From assembly GCF_020745735.1 (NCBI RefSeq), contig NC_083440.1, positions 13,503,138-13,567,137 of the forward strand: DNA of 64,000 nt. Reading direction: 5' to 3'. Position 1 is the stretch's first letter; each line of letters begins with the position of its first letter. Under the pieces are notes generated by a model. It was given only the letters and a program-made list of their open reading frames with translations, was not told the origin of the DNA and made no database searches. The position numbers and the translations under genes are program-made. Shown here in pieces: positions 60,347-64,000 of the stretch. Source of the stretch: Hemiscyllium ocellatum (taxonomy: Eukaryota).

Positions 60347-60879
60347 CTGCAAATATCAGATAAACAGAACCAATGGATCCATCGACAGACAGACACAAAG
60401 ACTCATCCCACTTTTAAAACTCGGACAGTGTATTAACAGTTAATAAATACAAAAATGATCTTGTCAATGCCCAGAAGCTAGCTAGTGGTTCAGAAACATT
60501 TTTATGCCAAAGGCGCCTTCATCACGTGAAAAAAGTGCAATTTTGAAAGAATATCTTAAAGTAGACTGCATATTAAGTCAGCCTGTCAATTTACATAAAA
60601 TATAGATACATAATTCTAACATGCAATAATGTCGAGGTAATTATACTGCAGATGGTTCAATTCTTGCATTTTATCTCGATGTAAAAGTATTTTTTTATGA
60701 GCTAAGGATATTGCAAGTTTATTTTACTCAATGATCAATTCTTACATGAAATTAACGAGAGGACTGTAAACTGCAGTAAACTCGAAAACATCCTGGCTGC
60801 AACGTTTGTTCCAACAGTCACTCTCTTTGCAGTTCAAGATTGTATCTTGTCCTGATTTCGGTTATTTAAGCTGTTTTAT

Positions 60880-60913
60880 CAGGAAGGCAAGAAACATAAA
60901 TGATTCTGCACGT
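60880..60913 (-). pseudogene. Possible decayed leader of V at 60038 (ACG-CRIIYVSCLP, AT donor)
   Basis: Expected distance from the decamer and a 533-nt intron like the paralogs, but needs two point reversions. Confidence 0.35.
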
Positions 60914-61004
60914 TGCAACCACTCTAGAAGCTTGTCTCAATGTAAGTAACACGCTCCCACCCCTCGCCTTCCGTCTGCACAACACCCAGAGCTCGAATCC
61001 AGGA

Positions 61005-61014
61005 AGTGACATCA
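61005..61014. promoter_or_regulatory. Decamer AGTGACATCA upstream of V at 60038
   Basis: Exact decamer consensus at the expected position. Confidence 0.72.
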
Positions 61015-62379
61015 GAAGAAGATAATTCTAATTTTGCTGTTCCAACAATATTCACCAAGTGTCAAGAAATTCCGATTTTCCCAAAGGGAGGATCTAAACA
61101 CAGCTCCTTGATATTTAAAATTAAGTATCTTTTGGAGTTAATATTTTGCAGTCTTCTAGTGACCAAGCATTGGTTTGGAGCAGCCCATCACTTCTACCTA
61201 CATAACAGATAAAAGGTTGGGAATCCTACAGTGCAGTAAGCTCCCGCCTCCACAATTACGTTCCACGTCTGAAAAGCACAAAGTAGGACTGTTTTGGAAT
61301 ATTCCACGTTTTTCTGGACCAGTGCACCATCTACAAGTTTTAGGAGGCACCATCTACAAAGTGCATTGTAGTTGATATGCGAGATGAAGTAAGCACGACA
61401 TACAAAGCACAATGTGAATCATTCACACGTTGCACTGGATTTCGCACGATCTGAAAAAAATGCAATGTGCAAAACTTACAAGGTCCAGTGTGCATCATAT
61501 GCAGAATGTCACATACATCATTTAAAAGGTAAAGTTTGCACCATACACAAGATCCAGTGAGCACTATCTACAAAGTTCAGTCTTCACTTTATACAGCATG
61601 CACTAGGATAGGAGTGTGCCCAATTTCGAAGTGGACTGGGGTAGGAGTGTGCAACCTAGACACCTAGTGTATTTGTCAACAACAAGGAGTCTACCTTGCA
61701 TATGAGGTGATTCCAATCTTCTGGTATATATGTCTCTGACATGGTCTTAGAAAAGATATTCAATTTAGACTCATTCAGGCTGATCAATACGCTATCTCTT
61801 TGATAGGAGTGTAAATATGCAAGGAATTAATTATGTATCTTCTGCAGATAAATCGATAATTTTTACTCTCACCACTCTCCCAATTACCTGTCATTTTTTG
61901 GTGTCCTCTTCAATACTAACCTATCGTCTATTGTAGTCAATCTCAAGAAAGGCATGCACCATGGCCTGGTATATAAGCAGCCTGAAGACACTTGTGGAAA
62001 TAAGTAAGGCAAAAAAAAACAAATGAAAAGGCACCAGATATGCATCATGGGACTGCTAGAGCTGGTCTTGTGTTGTCAATCTCTATCCCAAGGTCTAGCT
62101 GTTCAATCGTCTCTAAGCCTTCAGCGCCTCCTGCTGATACAACTTGCAACTTTCCATTTATAAAATGAAAATATACTACAGAAGCAATTTGAAGTTGTGG
62201 TATGAAATTGATGTAGAAGCACACAGTCCATAATACATAGAAACTTATATAGGCCATTCAGCCCATTGAGTTCATTCTGCCATTAAAGGTAGATCTGACA
62301 ATTATCGACCCTAATTTCCTGCTTTTCTCCCACAACCTTTGAATATGAATTAAAATCTGTTCGTCCCAATCGAGGATCC

Positions 62380-62950
62380 ACTTAATGATTCAGACTGAGT
62401 CAAAGATTCATAGAAACGTACAGCATGGAAACAGACTCCTCGGTCCAACTTATTCTGCGGAACAGATATGCTGATCTGATCACGCCCCATTTGCAAAATG
62501 TTGGCCAATTTCCCTCTAAACCCTTCCTTTCCATGTATCCATTCAAATGCATTCTAAAAGATGTCATTGTACCAGCCTTAACCATTTCCTGTGGCAGCTC
62601 ACTCCACACAACACCACTCTCTGTGTGAGAAATGTTTGCCCCTTAGTTCACTTATATATCTTTCAGTTCTCACCCTGCACCTATGCTCTCTAGCTCTGGA
62701 CTCCCCCACCTCAGAGAACAGACCTTGTCTATTTATCCTACTCATGTCCTTCATGATTTTAATAAAACTTTATAACTTCACCTTGTATGCCTTAATAAGG
62801 ACGGTCTCAATCTTCTAAGTTGAAATGCGTGAACGTCTAGTTCACTTATCCCCTCATTAGAAGACAATCCCTCCTGGCTTGGAATCAGCCTCGTGATCAT
62901 TCTCTGAACGACTTTAAATGCCAGTCTCTGTTTCCTTACATAAATGATCT
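62380..62950 (-). mobile_element. CR1-like LINE 3' fragment
   Basis: WSELPQEMVKAGTMTSFRMHLNGYM. Confidence 0.72.
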
Positions 62951-63689
62951 AAAACTGTGCACAGAATTCCAAGTGGAGTTCTGGGCTGATAACACAGCAA
63001 CTCTGATGGAACAACAATATAATTCCAAGCCAGGATGCTGCATGGATACAGGGAAGCTTGAAAGGAGTGGTGTTTCCATGAATCTGCTGCCGTTGTCCTT
63101 CGAGGTCGTAAAGGTCAACAGACTCACACTTCAGTATTCACGTAGTTGTTAATGGTACACATGAATATGCAACTTTCAGCAATCATTCCCAATCTATGTC
63201 GCATTTATGTGGAATTAGCATATTGTAGAAGGATACTACACGTTTATTATGCCCCGCCTATTCTATTCTCTAATGGCAATCTCTTGCCTTTTCCCCGTTT
63301 GCCTGCACATCATTCATCACCAAATCAATATTAATTGCCCCTCTTTAACGCTTCTATGTCGACTCTGCCTCTCCCATTTTTCAGGCTGTGCACTGCATAT
63401 CCTAGTTAATCGTAGTGTGAACAAGCTTCATTTCTCACATCACGCTTCTCTTCACATGCACGTCATTGTAAACATATTCCCACTTCCCTGTAACGATTTC
63501 CCCCCTGTCTGAAGTATCCAACAATCATTTATACAGCATATGATGGAGTGAATAAGCTTGATGAAACAAGTGTATATGAAAGGGTTCATTACTCTAAGGA
63601 GTTCTTGCAGTGATTCTTTACCGTTGCACTGGTTGCTTTCCAACAGAATCATCGAGATGTACACAATGGAAGCAGATCCTTGGGTCGAA

Positions 63690-64000
63690 CTCGTCTATGC
63701 AGACCAGGTTTCCTACACGAATCTGGTCTCGTGTTCCAGCTCTTAGCCATATCCTTCCAAACAGTTACCATTCATAAACCCATCCAGATATCTTTTAAAA
63801 GTTACAATTGTGCCAGCCTCCATCCCATCCTCCGTTAGCTTATTTCTTACATGCAATAACGTCTGCTTGAAATAATTGTCCCGATGTCACTTTTATTATT
63901 ATCCCTCTCACCTGAAACTTATGTCCTCCAATTCTGAACTCTCCCACTACAGGGAACATATCTTGTTTATTTTTTTATGACTCTCAAGAATGTATCAGCC
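63690..64000 (-). mobile_element. CR1-like LINE 3' fragment
   Basis: Reverse CR1 end motifs running to the window edge. Confidence 0.55.

Overview
Vertebrate genomic DNA, most likely a shark: the HE1-like SINEs with (TCTAA)n tails, CR1 LINEs and Penelope elements suggest a carpet/bamboo shark, which is inference. The window holds the 3' part of a T-cell receptor beta locus on the minus strand. In transcription order (right to left) there are 10 TRBV segments with 23-RSS: 4 fully intact, 1 with an intact V exon but an apparently defective leader, and 5 pseudogenes. There are also 4 copies of a much older relic V-like exon, a single TRBD (GGGACAGGGGGAG, 12/23 RSS) and 5 TRBJ segments (3 intact, 2 defective). 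No constant exon was found; it should lie left of the window. V promoters share a CCAAT-CRE decamer-ATTAAA module at near-fixed spacing. The V array is built from tandemly duplicated cassettes and is interrupted by CR1/SINE fragments, a Penelope element with a 17-bp flanking duplication and a 1.9-kb 42-bp minisatellite. I found no evidence of a wholly new system; the most novel items are the co-duplicated relic V family, an orphan V promoter, a conserved CDR1 N-glycan sequon and the conserved D-RSS architecture. All coordinates were read by hand, and repeat boundaries are approximate.
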